Assembly: GCA_020201525.1 (NCBI GenBank)
Contig: JAIVGO010000012.1
Coordinates: 1 to 53,882, forward strand
Direction of reading: 5' to 3'
DNA length: 53,882 nt
Source of the DNA: Actinomycetota bacterium
GTDB taxonomy: Bacteria; Actinomycetota; AC-67
The notes under the pieces are model-generated. The model ran no database searches. It was not told the origin of the DNA and saw nothing but the letters and a program-made list of their open reading frames with translations. This document shows, one piece after another, positions 19,201 to 27,024 of the stretch (the first letter of the stretch is position 1; each line of letters starts with the position of its first letter). The translations under genes were made by a program, and so were the position numbers.

Positions 19201-19680
19201 CGTGATCCGCGCGCCGGGGAACATCAGCAAGTACGCGCCGATCGCACCCGCGATTGCGCCGCTCGCTCCGAGCACCGGCGCAGTCGACGTCTTGTTCAGG
19301 AAGACGTACGCCATCGTGGCGCCGACCCCCGAGAGCAGATAGAAGGCGACGAACCTCACGCGCCCGAGACGGTCTTCGACGTTCTTTCCGAACAGCCACA
19401 GCATGTACATGTTTCCGGCGATGTGCACCGCGCCGACGTGGAGAAACAGCGCGCTGAAGATCGAGCGCCAGATTTCCCAGCCACTGCACGACGCAGTGGG
19501 GTGCAAAATCTGAAATGTGCCGCAATCAACGACGCGTTGCGGCGTAGCGAAGATCGCAGAGAAGTCGCGGCTGAGGAGGAGCGGGACCGCAATCAAGAAT
19601 AGGGCCACGTTCATCCCGATGATGAAGATCGTGGCGGCCGGCGTGCGGCGCGACTCGGCGGTGTCTCGAATGGGAATCAT
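16252..19680 (-). CDS. Rhomboid intramembrane serine protease fused to a P-loop (STAND/AAA-like) NTPase and TPR array
   Basis: MIPIRD rhomboid N-terminus, FLHVGAVHIAGNM, GASGA, AHIGG; Walker A GDGGNGKS (18706-18729); Walker B VVLFFDGHE; ~8-9 TPRs (YDxAL...PD....NN.G..L). Confidence 0.88.
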   Translation of the reverse strand: MIPIRDTAESRRTPAATIFIIGMNVALFLIAVPLLLSRDFSAIFATPQRVVDCGTFQILHPTASCSGWEIWRSIFSALFLHVGAVHIAGNMYMLWLFGKNVEDRLGRVRFVAFYLLSGVGATMAYVFLNKTSTAPVLGASGAIAGAIGAYLLMFPGARITTLSVSFGGRRELRKMMHEGPAGAAKSRLVSIAAVDIPAWILAAFYFVLQLSQNYLRVAHEGPSPAVAYEAHIGGFLAGMVALLLLAPREVHPSVRALFSGRPLRTTPAEVPEEKPRAGSAATGWRALELFTDRAEPIRRFTKTLENETPAEKVIFFHGDGGNGKSLLLRHLAERCTPVPHALLDLAAAPRGDDRPQEAFSALLMLRRALAGRAFPLFDFACVHYLHATGASSPERLKSLFPDEERNFIASVADVVAEQHWVAESALEMITRRLGTSLDEYAKRRKIDPATIEAIERLDPATELIDELPALFARDLNASMSPGDRVVLFFDGHEAFWAGARFVSDHLFFERDEWLRRLLVNVDLAAGIVCVVAGREPPRWDKAPVAKIGRDRIELHRLDFLPLPDATSFLEAAGISDEATRRHILAIARVGDQIHPLYLGLCADVVANSRDGGGLGEVQQTDAFAEKAEQLVARLLRYVDDEVGFAVRALAAARWFDRDVYVALGEALNFKATDPSFAALLNFSFVWRTDRTGTFRVHDLLRRLAREREDDVLSRADAALERFHRARAKDGDIGSVVEAVYHASMSDPPRGAAEWLSAFTNGLARNRLELCRALLVLRKELPAGDMESARMARASADFSARLARYDEARGEYDAAISSYDRALASAQSDAEALRGKGDALRRLGELEAKLSRYPGALSAYDAAADAYRQALKAAPDDPRALRSQSNVQRAHGELLATMQRPDEAIAAYRAAISSAETVVRSSPADVRAANALGVTLRSIADLYAATGRPREARAGYKKGLAALDAALIHGPDDVEVLNNKGMTLRGTGDLDAAAGRTEPARKGYAAAAEVYERALKLSPDYVYAHNNLGSTLRALGTLHAAAAQHEAALERFGEALAAHDEALRIAPDYIYAHNNRGAVLSLRAESLVATGRKGDAAAALREALSAYDAALAIAPDYRNAQSNKAAAQKALTSLTKRPAKSKR

Positions 19681-19690
19681 CCTTCCTGCT

Positions 19691-19716
19691 TTCGCCGTCG
19701 CCGGGCCCAACCCTGC
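19691..19716 (-). promoter_or_regulatory. Sigma-H-like promoter of the rhomboid fusion
   Basis: GCAGGGTT-N12-GGCGAA on the minus strand, 10 nt before the ATG. Confidence 0.5.
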
Positions 19717-19786
19717 CGCCCCCGGAAACCTTCTGAAGGCCCTTTGCTAAAGTCGCCTGAACTATCTGGGGAGACGCGAACGGGGC

Positions 19787-21268
19787 ATGGGCAAGCTCAT
19801 TCGGAAGCGATACGAGACGCTCGAGGTCGCCGGTCGCGGCGGCCAGGGAGAGGTCCTGTTCGCGATCGACCACCAGCACGACCGCAAGGTCGCCCTGAAG
19901 GTTCGCGCGGTCCCCAACGCCGAACAGCGTGCCGCCCTTCTCGAAGAAGCCCGCATTTTGCTGTCGCTCGAGCCGCATCCCGGGCTCCCGCTCGTGCGCG
20001 AAGACTTCTTCGTCGGCAACCACTACTACATGGTGATGGATTGGGTCGAGGGCAAGAACCTGCAAGAGGTCCTCGACGAGCGCGGCGACCCCGGCCTCCC
20101 GGCGTCGACGGTGCTCAAGTACGTCGGCGAAGTCGCGAAGGCGCTCGACCATTTGCATGCGCACGAGCCGGCGATCGTGCACCAAGACGTGAAGCCGGCG
20201 AACATCGTTCTGTCCAAAGGGCGCCGGCCGATCCTCGTGGACTTCGGCATCGCAGTGACGGGCGGCGAGGCAACGTCGGCGCGCGGCACCCGCGGGTATC
20301 AAGCTCCCGAGCTCTCTCGCGGCGAAGCGCCGACGCCGGCAGCGGACGTCTACGGCCTGGCGGCGACCACGTTCGCGCTCCTCACCGGGTCGCCGCCGGC
20401 AGGCGTGCGGCCGACGTGGGAGGGAATCCCCAAGGCGGCTGTGCCGACGCTCGAGCGAGCCCTGCGTCGCGGCTTGTCGAATGATCCGGATCGCAGGCCG
20501 GGCTCTGCGGGGGAGCTCATCGAGGTTTTGCGCGCGTGGCTCGACTCACGTACCGATGAGGGCCCCGGCGCTCCGCCGCGACCGGTCGTCGCGGAGCCTT
20601 TGCCGGAAGCACCGGTGAACAAAGACGCGATCCGGCTCATGCTCGTCGACGATCATCCGATGTGGCGGCAAACGTTGAAGACCGTTCTCGAACACGATCA
20701 ATTTGCGACCGTGATCGCGGAAGCGTCCGACGGCGACGAGGCCATCGAAAAAGCCCGCGTCTCCTCGCCCGACGTCATCATCATGGACATGAACCTCCCG
20801 ACGATGAACGGCGTCGAAGCGACGCGCGGCATTCTTTCCGGATGCAGCCAAGCGAAGATTCTTGTCTTGTCTGCCAGCGGCGCGCAGCCCGACGTGCTCG
20901 AAGCAATCAAGTCCGGCGCGTCGGGGTACTTGCTGAAGAGCGCCGCGGCCGACGAGGTTGCCGACGCCGTCCGCCGCGTGAAGCGCGGAGAGCCGGTCTT
21001 TACGCCGTCGCTCGCCGGTCTCGTCATGGGCGAGTTCCGGCGCCTAGCTTCGGGGCCGCGCGACGATAGCGAGCTCACGCCCGACGAAAACGACGTTCTG
21101 AGCCTCATATCCAAAGGCCGCAAGTATCACGAGATTGCCGACGAGCTCGACGTGCCGGTGAACATGGTGCAGTCACATGCTCGCAGCATTCACGCGAAGC
21201 TCCAGAAGCGGCCTTCGCAACCGCACGCACCGAAGGCGAAGCAAAAGACGGTGAGGAAGAAGAAATGA
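19787..21268 (+). CDS. Ser/Thr protein kinase - receiver - LuxR HTH fusion
   Basis: GRGGQGEV, VALK, HQDVKPANI, DFG, YQAPE, DVYG; REC with LVDD, MDMNLP, VLSAS, YLLK; LTPDENDVL...YHEIADEL HTH. Confidence 0.9.
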   Translation: MGKLIRKRYETLEVAGRGGQGEVLFAIDHQHDRKVALKVRAVPNAEQRAALLEEARILLSLEPHPGLPLVREDFFVGNHYYMVMDWVEGKNLQEVLDERGDPGLPASTVLKYVGEVAKALDHLHAHEPAIVHQDVKPANIVLSKGRRPILVDFGIAVTGGEATSARGTRGYQAPELSRGEAPTPAADVYGLAATTFALLTGSPPAGVRPTWEGIPKAAVPTLERALRRGLSNDPDRRPGSAGELIEVLRAWLDSRTDEGPGAPPRPVVAEPLPEAPVNKDAIRLMLVDDHPMWRQTLKTVLEHDQFATVIAEASDGDEAIEKARVSSPDVIIMDMNLPTMNGVEATRGILSGCSQAKILVLSASGAQPDVLEAIKSGASGYLLKSAAADEVADAVRRVKRGEPVFTPSLAGLVMGEFRRLASGPRDDSELTPDENDVLSLISKGRKYHEIADELDVPVNMVQSHARSIHAKLQKRPSQPHAPKAKQKTVRKKK

Positions 21269-21837
21269 CGCGGCGTCCGGACCCCGCGGAAACGGTTCGC
21301 ACCGTCCTTCACGAGTTGCGCAGCCGCGTCGGCGCCATCCGGCTCGCCGTGACGACGCTGCAGACGAACACGTCCGACGAAGAGCTGATGAAATCGCTTC
21401 TGGCAACGGCGGATCGCGAAACGCTCCGCGTGTCCATGGAAATGGTCGCCGTCACCGCGCTCGTCACGTGCCTCACCGACCGGAGTGCGCCGCGGTCGTT
21501 CGACATCGGTCATGCGCTTCGCAATGCGGTGACGCTGACGGAGCGCGTGGGCGGGCGCGCCACACTGGGGCGCGGAAGCAAAGCGATAGTCCGTGCGCGG
21601 CCGCGCGGCTTCGAAAGCGCGTTGTCGTCGCTCATGCAGCTGGTCGCCGACGTCGACGGTGAGACGATCGTGTCCGTCTCGACGAAAAACGGGGCCGTCA
21701 CCGTGAAGCTTGCCCGGCCCGACGGAAGTCACGCTCCTGGAGGATCGCTCGTCAAGAACCTTCTTGCCGGCATCGGCGCGACGCAGATCCCCTCCGACGC
21801 CGGGCTCGTCTTCCGGCTGGAAGGAGTGTCGCCATGA
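21265..21837 (+). CDS. Degenerate histidine-kinase-fold protein (possible histidine phosphotransferase)
   Basis: H-box LHELRSRVGAI retained; the C-terminal part follows HATPase layout but lacks the N-box Asn, DxGxG and GLGL; ATGA overlaps on both sides. Confidence 0.65.
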   Translation: MTRRPDPAETVRTVLHELRSRVGAIRLAVTTLQTNTSDEELMKSLLATADRETLRVSMEMVAVTALVTCLTDRSAPRSFDIGHALRNAVTLTERVGGRATLGRGSKAIVRARPRGFESALSSLMQLVADVDGETIVSVSTKNGAVTVKLARPDGSHAPGGSLVKNLLAGIGATQIPSDAGLVFRLEGVSP

Positions 21838-22472
21838 CGATCGGCGTCTTGCTCGTCGACGACCACACGGTCTTTGCCGAGACGCTCGCGGCTGCGCTCA
21901 AGACGAATGCCGACATAGCGATTCTCGGCGTCGCGAATACATCGACGGACGGTCTCGAAAAAGCGACGGCACTGAAGCCGGACGTCGCGCTGCTCGACGT
22001 GATGCTGCCGGACTACGACGGCATCGAGCTTGCGCGTCGGGTGCGGACGGCGTCGCCGGAAACGAAAGTCGTCATGCTGACCGGGGAAACCGATCCCGCA
22101 CTGTTCGCAAAGGCCATGGCGGCAGGCGCGTGCGGGTACCTCATCAAGGAATCGAGCCTCGGTGACGTCACCGACGCGGTCCGGCGAGCGTACGCCGGCC
22201 AGGTCGTCGTCCCCGACAAAGCCGTGAGTCGTCTGACGCAAGCGCAAGCGCCGCCCAAAGGCGTCGGATCGGATCTCACCGACCGTGAGCTCGAGGTGCT
22301 TGGCTTGCTCGCGCAAGGCAAAGATGCGAAGACGATCGCGAAGAGCCTCGGGATCACGTGGCACACGGCTCGGTCGTACTTGAAGACGGTTCTTATGAAG
22401 CTCGACGCGCACAGTCAGCTCGAAGCGGTGGCGGTCGCGACGCGACTCGGCATCATCGGGAGGCCCAAGTAG
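21834..22472 (+). CDS. NarL/LuxR-family response regulator
   Basis: LVDDH, LLDVMLP, MLTG, YLIK; LTDRELEVL...IAKSLGI...KLDAHSQLEAVA. Confidence 0.95.
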   Translation: MTIGVLLVDDHTVFAETLAAALKTNADIAILGVANTSTDGLEKATALKPDVALLDVMLPDYDGIELARRVRTASPETKVVMLTGETDPALFAKAMAAGACGYLIKESSLGDVTDAVRRAYAGQVVVPDKAVSRLTQAQAPPKGVGSDLTDRELEVLGLLAQGKDAKTIAKSLGITWHTARSYLKTVLMKLDAHSQLEAVAVATRLGIIGRPK

Positions 22473-22810
22473 TGGGAGTTCTTGTCGTCGAAGATTCCGA
22501 GGCGATCGGGAAGATGCTCGTCCAGGTGCTCGAGCGAGCCGGGTTCGAAGCTAAGTGGACGGACAATGTCGAAGATGCCTTGTCCACCGCGGCGGAATGG
22601 ATTCCCGACGTTGTGCTCCTCGATCTTCACCTCGGCGATGCGCCGGGCATCGAAGTCGCCAAGAAGCTTCGCAAGAGCGCCGCTACCAGCAAGGTTCGTG
22701 TTATCGGCCTCTCGGGTGACCCGCCGGCGAAAGCCGAGCAGAAGCACCTCGACGGCTTTCTGCTGAAGCCCGTCGCGCTGGCCGCAGTCGTCGAAGCAGT
22801 CCGAGGTTAG
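22472..22810 (+). CDS. Single-domain response regulator (CheY/Spo0F-like)
   Basis: GTG start overlapping the upstream TAG; VVED, LLDLHL, GLSG, LLKP. Confidence 0.88.
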   Translation: MGVLVVEDSEAIGKMLVQVLERAGFEAKWTDNVEDALSTAAEWIPDVVLLDLHLGDAPGIEVAKKLRKSAATSKVRVIGLSGDPPAKAEQKHLDGFLLKPVALAAVVEAVRG

Positions 22811-22811
22811 A

Positions 22812-22849
22812 CCCCGCAGATGCGGGGGTAGGCAGCCCGCAACATGGGG
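22812..22849. promoter_or_regulatory. Tandem CCCGCA-N2-TGCGGG boxes upstream of the second single-domain regulator
   Basis: CCCCGCA-GA-TGCGGGG (22812-22827) and degenerate CCCGCA-AC-ATGGGG (22836-22849). Confidence 0.45.
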
Positions 22850-22878
22850 TATTCCACCGCGGGTACAGGCCCGACAAT

Positions 22879-23247
22879 GTGTCCATGAGCATTCGAGTCA
22901 TGATCGTGGACGACGACCCGACGGTTCGCGTGACGCTGGCGCGCTTTTTTGCGCTCCATAAGGATCTCAAGGTCGTCGGCGAAGCCACGAACGGTCGCGA
23001 CGGCGTCGAGCTTGCGCAACGCGTGAAGGCCGACGTCATCGTCATGGATGCCCGTATGCCCGAGATGAACGGGCTCGAGGCGACGGAGCAAATTCGGTCG
23101 CTCGGCATCAACACCCCGGTGCTGATCTTCAGTGCCGAGGACGGGGTCGCCGGCAAGATCAACGGCCTCGCGAAAGTTGGTTTTCTCACGAAGCACGGGT
23201 CGGGGCCGCGCGAAACCATCGCCGCGATCCGCGAACTCGCGTCCTAA
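22879..23247 (+). CDS. Single-domain response regulator
   Basis: IVDDD, VMDARMP, IFSAE, FLTK. Confidence 0.9.
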   Translation: MSMSIRVMIVDDDPTVRVTLARFFALHKDLKVVGEATNGRDGVELAQRVKADVIVMDARMPEMNGLEATEQIRSLGINTPVLIFSAEDGVAGKINGLAKVGFLTKHGSGPRETIAAIRELAS

Positions 23248-23269
23248 CTCCCTACACCCGCTCAACCCT

Positions 23270-23293
23270 GCGCGAAGGCATCCGCCTTCGCGC
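23270..23293. terminator. Hairpin between convergent genes
   Basis: GCGCGAAGGC-ATCC-GCCTTCGCGC, 10-bp stem. Confidence 0.6.
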
Positions 23294-23300
23294 GCCCGTT

Positions 23301-26300
23301 TTACGGACGCGCCCAACGGCGCCGGCGACGCTGCGTGAGAATCGCTGCGGCGATCGTGGCTGCGATGAGACCGAGGATGAGCAGAAGCCGGTTCGGCGGC
23401 GCGGCGATCGTAATGCTTTCACCTGCCGGCTCGGCAAGTGGATAGTACTCGCCGATCTCGACGGCGCCGGCCTTCTTTGCCGTCGCAGGCTGCGAAACCG
23501 TTTCCGTGCCCGGGGCGACAAACTTGATGCCGAAGCTCAGCGTTTCGTTCTCGGCGATACCCGCTTTCGACAAGCCGGCGCCGCGGATGGAGATCTGCCG
23601 CCAGAACTTTCCGCGTCCCGACGTGACGCAGTGCGTCGCTTTGGTCACGTCGACGGTTTCCGGGATGAACGTAAAGCTGTGCCCGAAGAAACCTTCTTCG
23701 TGCTGACCGAAGACGGGATAGTGCGCCGGCGGCGGGTTTTGAATCATTTGCTGATCGTAAAACGTCTCGGAGACACCGAGCGCCGCGCCGACGCTTCGCG
23801 GTGACCCGCACGTTGCATCGGTGCCGCACGCGTACGTGTCGGTCATGACGGCACGTTGTGTCGGAACGTGCGCCATCATGACCCAGTCTTCACAGAGTTG
23901 GGGTCCGCTTCGCCCGTCCGCGATCTTTTCGGTCGGCGTCGGAACGCTGCGGCATCCGTCTGCGTACGCGTCCTTGCGGTAATTCGGCACGGCGACCACC
24001 GACGCGTTGCTTCCGCCCACTGCTCCGCTCCAGCGCCACGCCACCCAGGTATCGAGCGCGAAAGCGATGTCACGGACTTGAATCTGCGCCGGGAGGGTCG
24101 CGTCTGCTCCACCTTTCGGAATGAACGACAAGCGGACGACACAGCGGCAACTTTGGTTCTGAGTGATGCGCGTGAAGTCGAAGTGCGCCTTCTTGTCGCT
24201 CCCGACGTTGAACGCGATGTTCGATCCCGATGGAACGTTGCCCTTGATCAGGGATTGGATCGTCGTGCCGTTCACAACGACCGTCCCGTTGGCGGTGACG
24301 AGGCCGGCGATCTTGTCGGGCCCGCTCCCGCCGATCACCTCGACGAGCATTAACGCGTTCTTCAGCGCGTACGAGAAGTCGAGCGACAGGTGATACCGGT
24401 AGTTCGGCGAGACGAGCCGGAACGGATATTCAAGGACGAGGAACGGCGACTTGCCGGGAAGCGCACCGGCAAACGTCGCCGAGAAGGGCGCCGACAGCGC
24501 GGCCTTCTTCTCGGCGTCGGTCTTCGGCGCCGTCGCCGGATCGCAACTCTCACGGTTGATCGTCCAGGCGCTCGTGTGCGGAAAGGTCGATCCCGGCGCG
24601 TACGACGCAAGGACATCTGGATCGCTGTTGAACAAATCCCTGCATTTGACGAGGTCGATGGAACGCGACGAGACGGCCGGACCCGGAGACTTCTCGACGT
24701 TGCCGAATACGTAGCGGATGTTTTCGGTGAGAAACCGTCCCTTGTATGTGCCGGTCGAAGCGTCGTAATTCGCCGAGCTGAAACCCGGCGCGCAGTCCGG
24801 CCGCTTCACCTTTGGACACAGAGTGTCCGGAAGAACCAACGCGTCTTGCCCGAGCGACTGATAGATCATGCGATCGCCGAGGTCGACCTCGGTCGTCGTC
24901 TCGGTGGCTTCGGTGGTTCCCACGGCTTGACCCGGGACGACGCGCGTCGGCGCGCCGTAATCGGAGAACAGCCGTATGTCGTAGAACCCTGGAAGGACGA
25001 ACTTGAAGTTGGCGTTGCCGGCTTTGTCGGTCATCAAGAAGTACAGCTCCAGAGACTGCTGGGACGGAATCATCGCGATCCAGTGTTCGAACGCCGAGCC
25101 GATCGGCACGGTCGGCACCAAGCCGAAAGTCAGCGCATCTGCGTCGCTCCCGCCGAGATACGTGGCATGCGCCGTGAGGCTCATTCCCTTGATCCAGCAG
25201 ACCGGTGTCGGCACGGATGTCGCGCCGAAGTGCACGGCGAGGAAACCGCAGAAATACCCTTCGGAGTCGGTCGCCGCCGGCGACACATGGATGTGAATGC
25301 ATCCGTTGTGGTCGTGGTGATGTCCGCCGGTGGGAGGCGGCTGAACGGCTCCCTCGGGGTGCGTCGCGCAGGCAGCGATATGCGGCACCGCTTCGGCGGC
25401 GATTCCCTGCACCTGTTCGACTGTGGGGCCGTCGATTCCGATCGTTGCAACGTCGGTGACTTCGAGCGTCACCAGTTGATCCGGCGTTCCGTTTTGGATG
25501 CGGATCATCGCCGCCGATGTGCCGTTTGCGGCATCGACGGCGGTGTCGCCGTGGTCGAGGACGAGGGGGCGTGTCGGATCGGCCGAGGCGTCGTACAAGC
25601 TGTCTGGATACGAACGCAGGTCACCGGCGCCTTGCTGCCAGACCGGCACGCCCGGCAAGCGTTCGGCCGTTGTGTTGAATGCGCCTCGGATCGACGTCGG
25701 GTCGATGCCCTTGGCGTGCAACGCGGCCGCTTGAACGGCGACGACCGCGGCTGAGGGCAGCGTGGACGCAAGCGATGCGCGTGCCGCGTCCGGCGGCGTT
25801 TCGAGCGTGTCCTTCCACAGGGGCTTCAGCGCCGCGTTCAACAAGCCGGCGTCGCCCAAGGCCTTGCCGAGCAGTGAATTCGAGGGCAGTAGCCCGACGA
25901 CGCCGGACGGCGCCACGATGTCCGGCTTCACGCGAAGCGCCTTGAATCCGTTCGTGTTCTGCGGTGCCGGATCGGTCCAACCTTCGTTCTTCACGTCGAA
26001 GGCTGGGCCGCGCGCGCTCTGCGCCGGCACCGTCGCGCCGTCCGACGCTCCGACGGTGAGGACTTGCGGAAGGTTCGCGATGCCGAAGATCGTCTGCAAG
26101 TCCTCGGGCTTCATGCCCTGGTTGACGTCGCCGGCGGGAACGACGATCGGAATCCCGCGTGCATCGAGCAAGTTGATCTTCGTGAGGAGGATGCTCCACA
26201 CAGAGCTCAGATCCTGGTACTCCTTGGCGCCTGCTGCAGACACCGTAGGAATGTTTCCGATGAAGCTCGTGCTGCCGCCACCGAGAGCCACGCCGAACAT

Positions 26301-26936
26301 GTGGCCGCCTTTGACCGGGGTTGGTGGCCGGCCCTCCGACGCATTGACGATCCCGTCCCACTGCTTGCGCACCATCATCGCGAAGATCGGATCGAGCAGC
26401 TCACTCGGCGGCATGCCGAACAAGACTGCGTCGACCGCACCGTCCTTTGCCATTGCCGCCGCCGTGTCGAACGCGCCGCGAATTGCGTACGAGCTGACCA
26501 GTCCGGTCGCGTCGTATCCGCTCAGCGATGTGATGTGGGCATGCGGTACCAGCTGAAGAACGATCGACGCGAGAAAGGATCCGTATCCGATCGGGTCGGT
26601 CGTGTCTTGGCTCGTGATGCCTTTGACGAGCGGGCGCAAAGGTTCCGGCAAGACGCTCGTCGCGATTCCCGACGAGATGAGTACGATGTTCGGATCGTCC
26701 TTCGGCGGACGAAGTGCATCGATCGAGGCCAGCGGCTTCGCGCGCTTGTTTGCTACGAAGTCTCCCGGACACCCGGCGAGGCGACCCGGGTCCGACGTCT
26801 GTGGGCAGGCGAGTGCGCCGCGAAGCACCGGTCGCTGCGGTACCTCGAGCGGATGGGCCGCCGCCGGCGCCGCAGCAGCGGTTGCGAGAACGGCGACGAC
26901 GAAGCGAACGATGAGCCTCTTGGAAGAAACACGCAT
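23301..26936 (-). CDS. Large secreted subtilase (S8)-fold protein with substituted catalytic triad and C-terminal TM-polyArg tail
   Basis: Signal MRVSSKR...AAAH; S8 landmarks IVLISSGI, DPIGYGSFLA, VVPAGD, VLTVGASD, SARGP, KPDIVAP, QGAG; tail LLLILGLIAATIAAAILTQRRRRRW. Confidence 0.8.
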   Translation of the reverse strand: MRVSSKRLIVRFVVAVLATAAAAPAAAHPLEVPQRPVLRGALACPQTSDPGRLAGCPGDFVANKRAKPLASIDALRPPKDDPNIVLISSGIATSVLPEPLRPLVKGITSQDTTDPIGYGSFLASIVLQLVPHAHITSLSGYDATGLVSSYAIRGAFDTAAAMAKDGAVDAVLFGMPPSELLDPIFAMMVRKQWDGIVNASEGRPPTPVKGGHMFGVALGGGSTSFIGNIPTVSAAGAKEYQDLSSVWSILLTKINLLDARGIPIVVPAGDVNQGMKPEDLQTIFGIANLPQVLTVGASDGATVPAQSARGPAFDVKNEGWTDPAPQNTNGFKALRVKPDIVAPSGVVGLLPSNSLLGKALGDAGLLNAALKPLWKDTLETPPDAARASLASTLPSAAVVAVQAAALHAKGIDPTSIRGAFNTTAERLPGVPVWQQGAGDLRSYPDSLYDASADPTRPLVLDHGDTAVDAANGTSAAMIRIQNGTPDQLVTLEVTDVATIGIDGPTVEQVQGIAAEAVPHIAACATHPEGAVQPPPTGGHHHDHNGCIHIHVSPAATDSEGYFCGFLAVHFGATSVPTPVCWIKGMSLTAHATYLGGSDADALTFGLVPTVPIGSAFEHWIAMIPSQQSLELYFLMTDKAGNANFKFVLPGFYDIRLFSDYGAPTRVVPGQAVGTTEATETTTEVDLGDRMIYQSLGQDALVLPDTLCPKVKRPDCAPGFSSANYDASTGTYKGRFLTENIRYVFGNVEKSPGPAVSSRSIDLVKCRDLFNSDPDVLASYAPGSTFPHTSAWTINRESCDPATAPKTDAEKKAALSAPFSATFAGALPGKSPFLVLEYPFRLVSPNYRYHLSLDFSYALKNALMLVEVIGGSGPDKIAGLVTANGTVVVNGTTIQSLIKGNVPSGSNIAFNVGSDKKAHFDFTRITQNQSCRCVVRLSFIPKGGADATLPAQIQVRDIAFALDTWVAWRWSGAVGGSNASVVAVPNYRKDAYADGCRSVPTPTEKIADGRSGPQLCEDWVMMAHVPTQRAVMTDTYACGTDATCGSPRSVGAALGVSETFYDQQMIQNPPPAHYPVFGQHEEGFFGHSFTFIPETVDVTKATHCVTSGRGKFWRQISIRGAGLSKAGIAENETLSFGIKFVAPGTETVSQPATAKKAGAVEIGEYYPLAEPAGESITIAAPPNRLLLILGLIAATIAAAILTQRRRRRWARP

Positions 26937-26998
26937 GCCCACGACCCCCTGGCGTCGGTTCCTTGCTGCATCCCGCCGCGGCAGCTTTGCTCTTGAGG

Positions 26999-27024
26999 TT
27001 CGCGCCGGGGGCTCGTTTTCCTTC
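26999..27024 (-). promoter_or_regulatory. Sigma-H-like promoter of the pseudo-subtilase
   Basis: GAAGGAAA-N12-CGCGAA on the minus strand. Confidence 0.55.

Noticed and set aside
16252-19680. Labelling the rhomboid-NTPase-TPR as an Avs anti-phage system
   Set aside because: The architecture is compatible, but there are no defence-island neighbours and the context is signalling and secretion; kept only as a hypothesis
19735-19761. Sigma-H-like promoter for the kinase operon (GAAGGCCC-N13-CCTGAA)
   Set aside because: Spacing fits but both elements deviate; not counted among the ten copies
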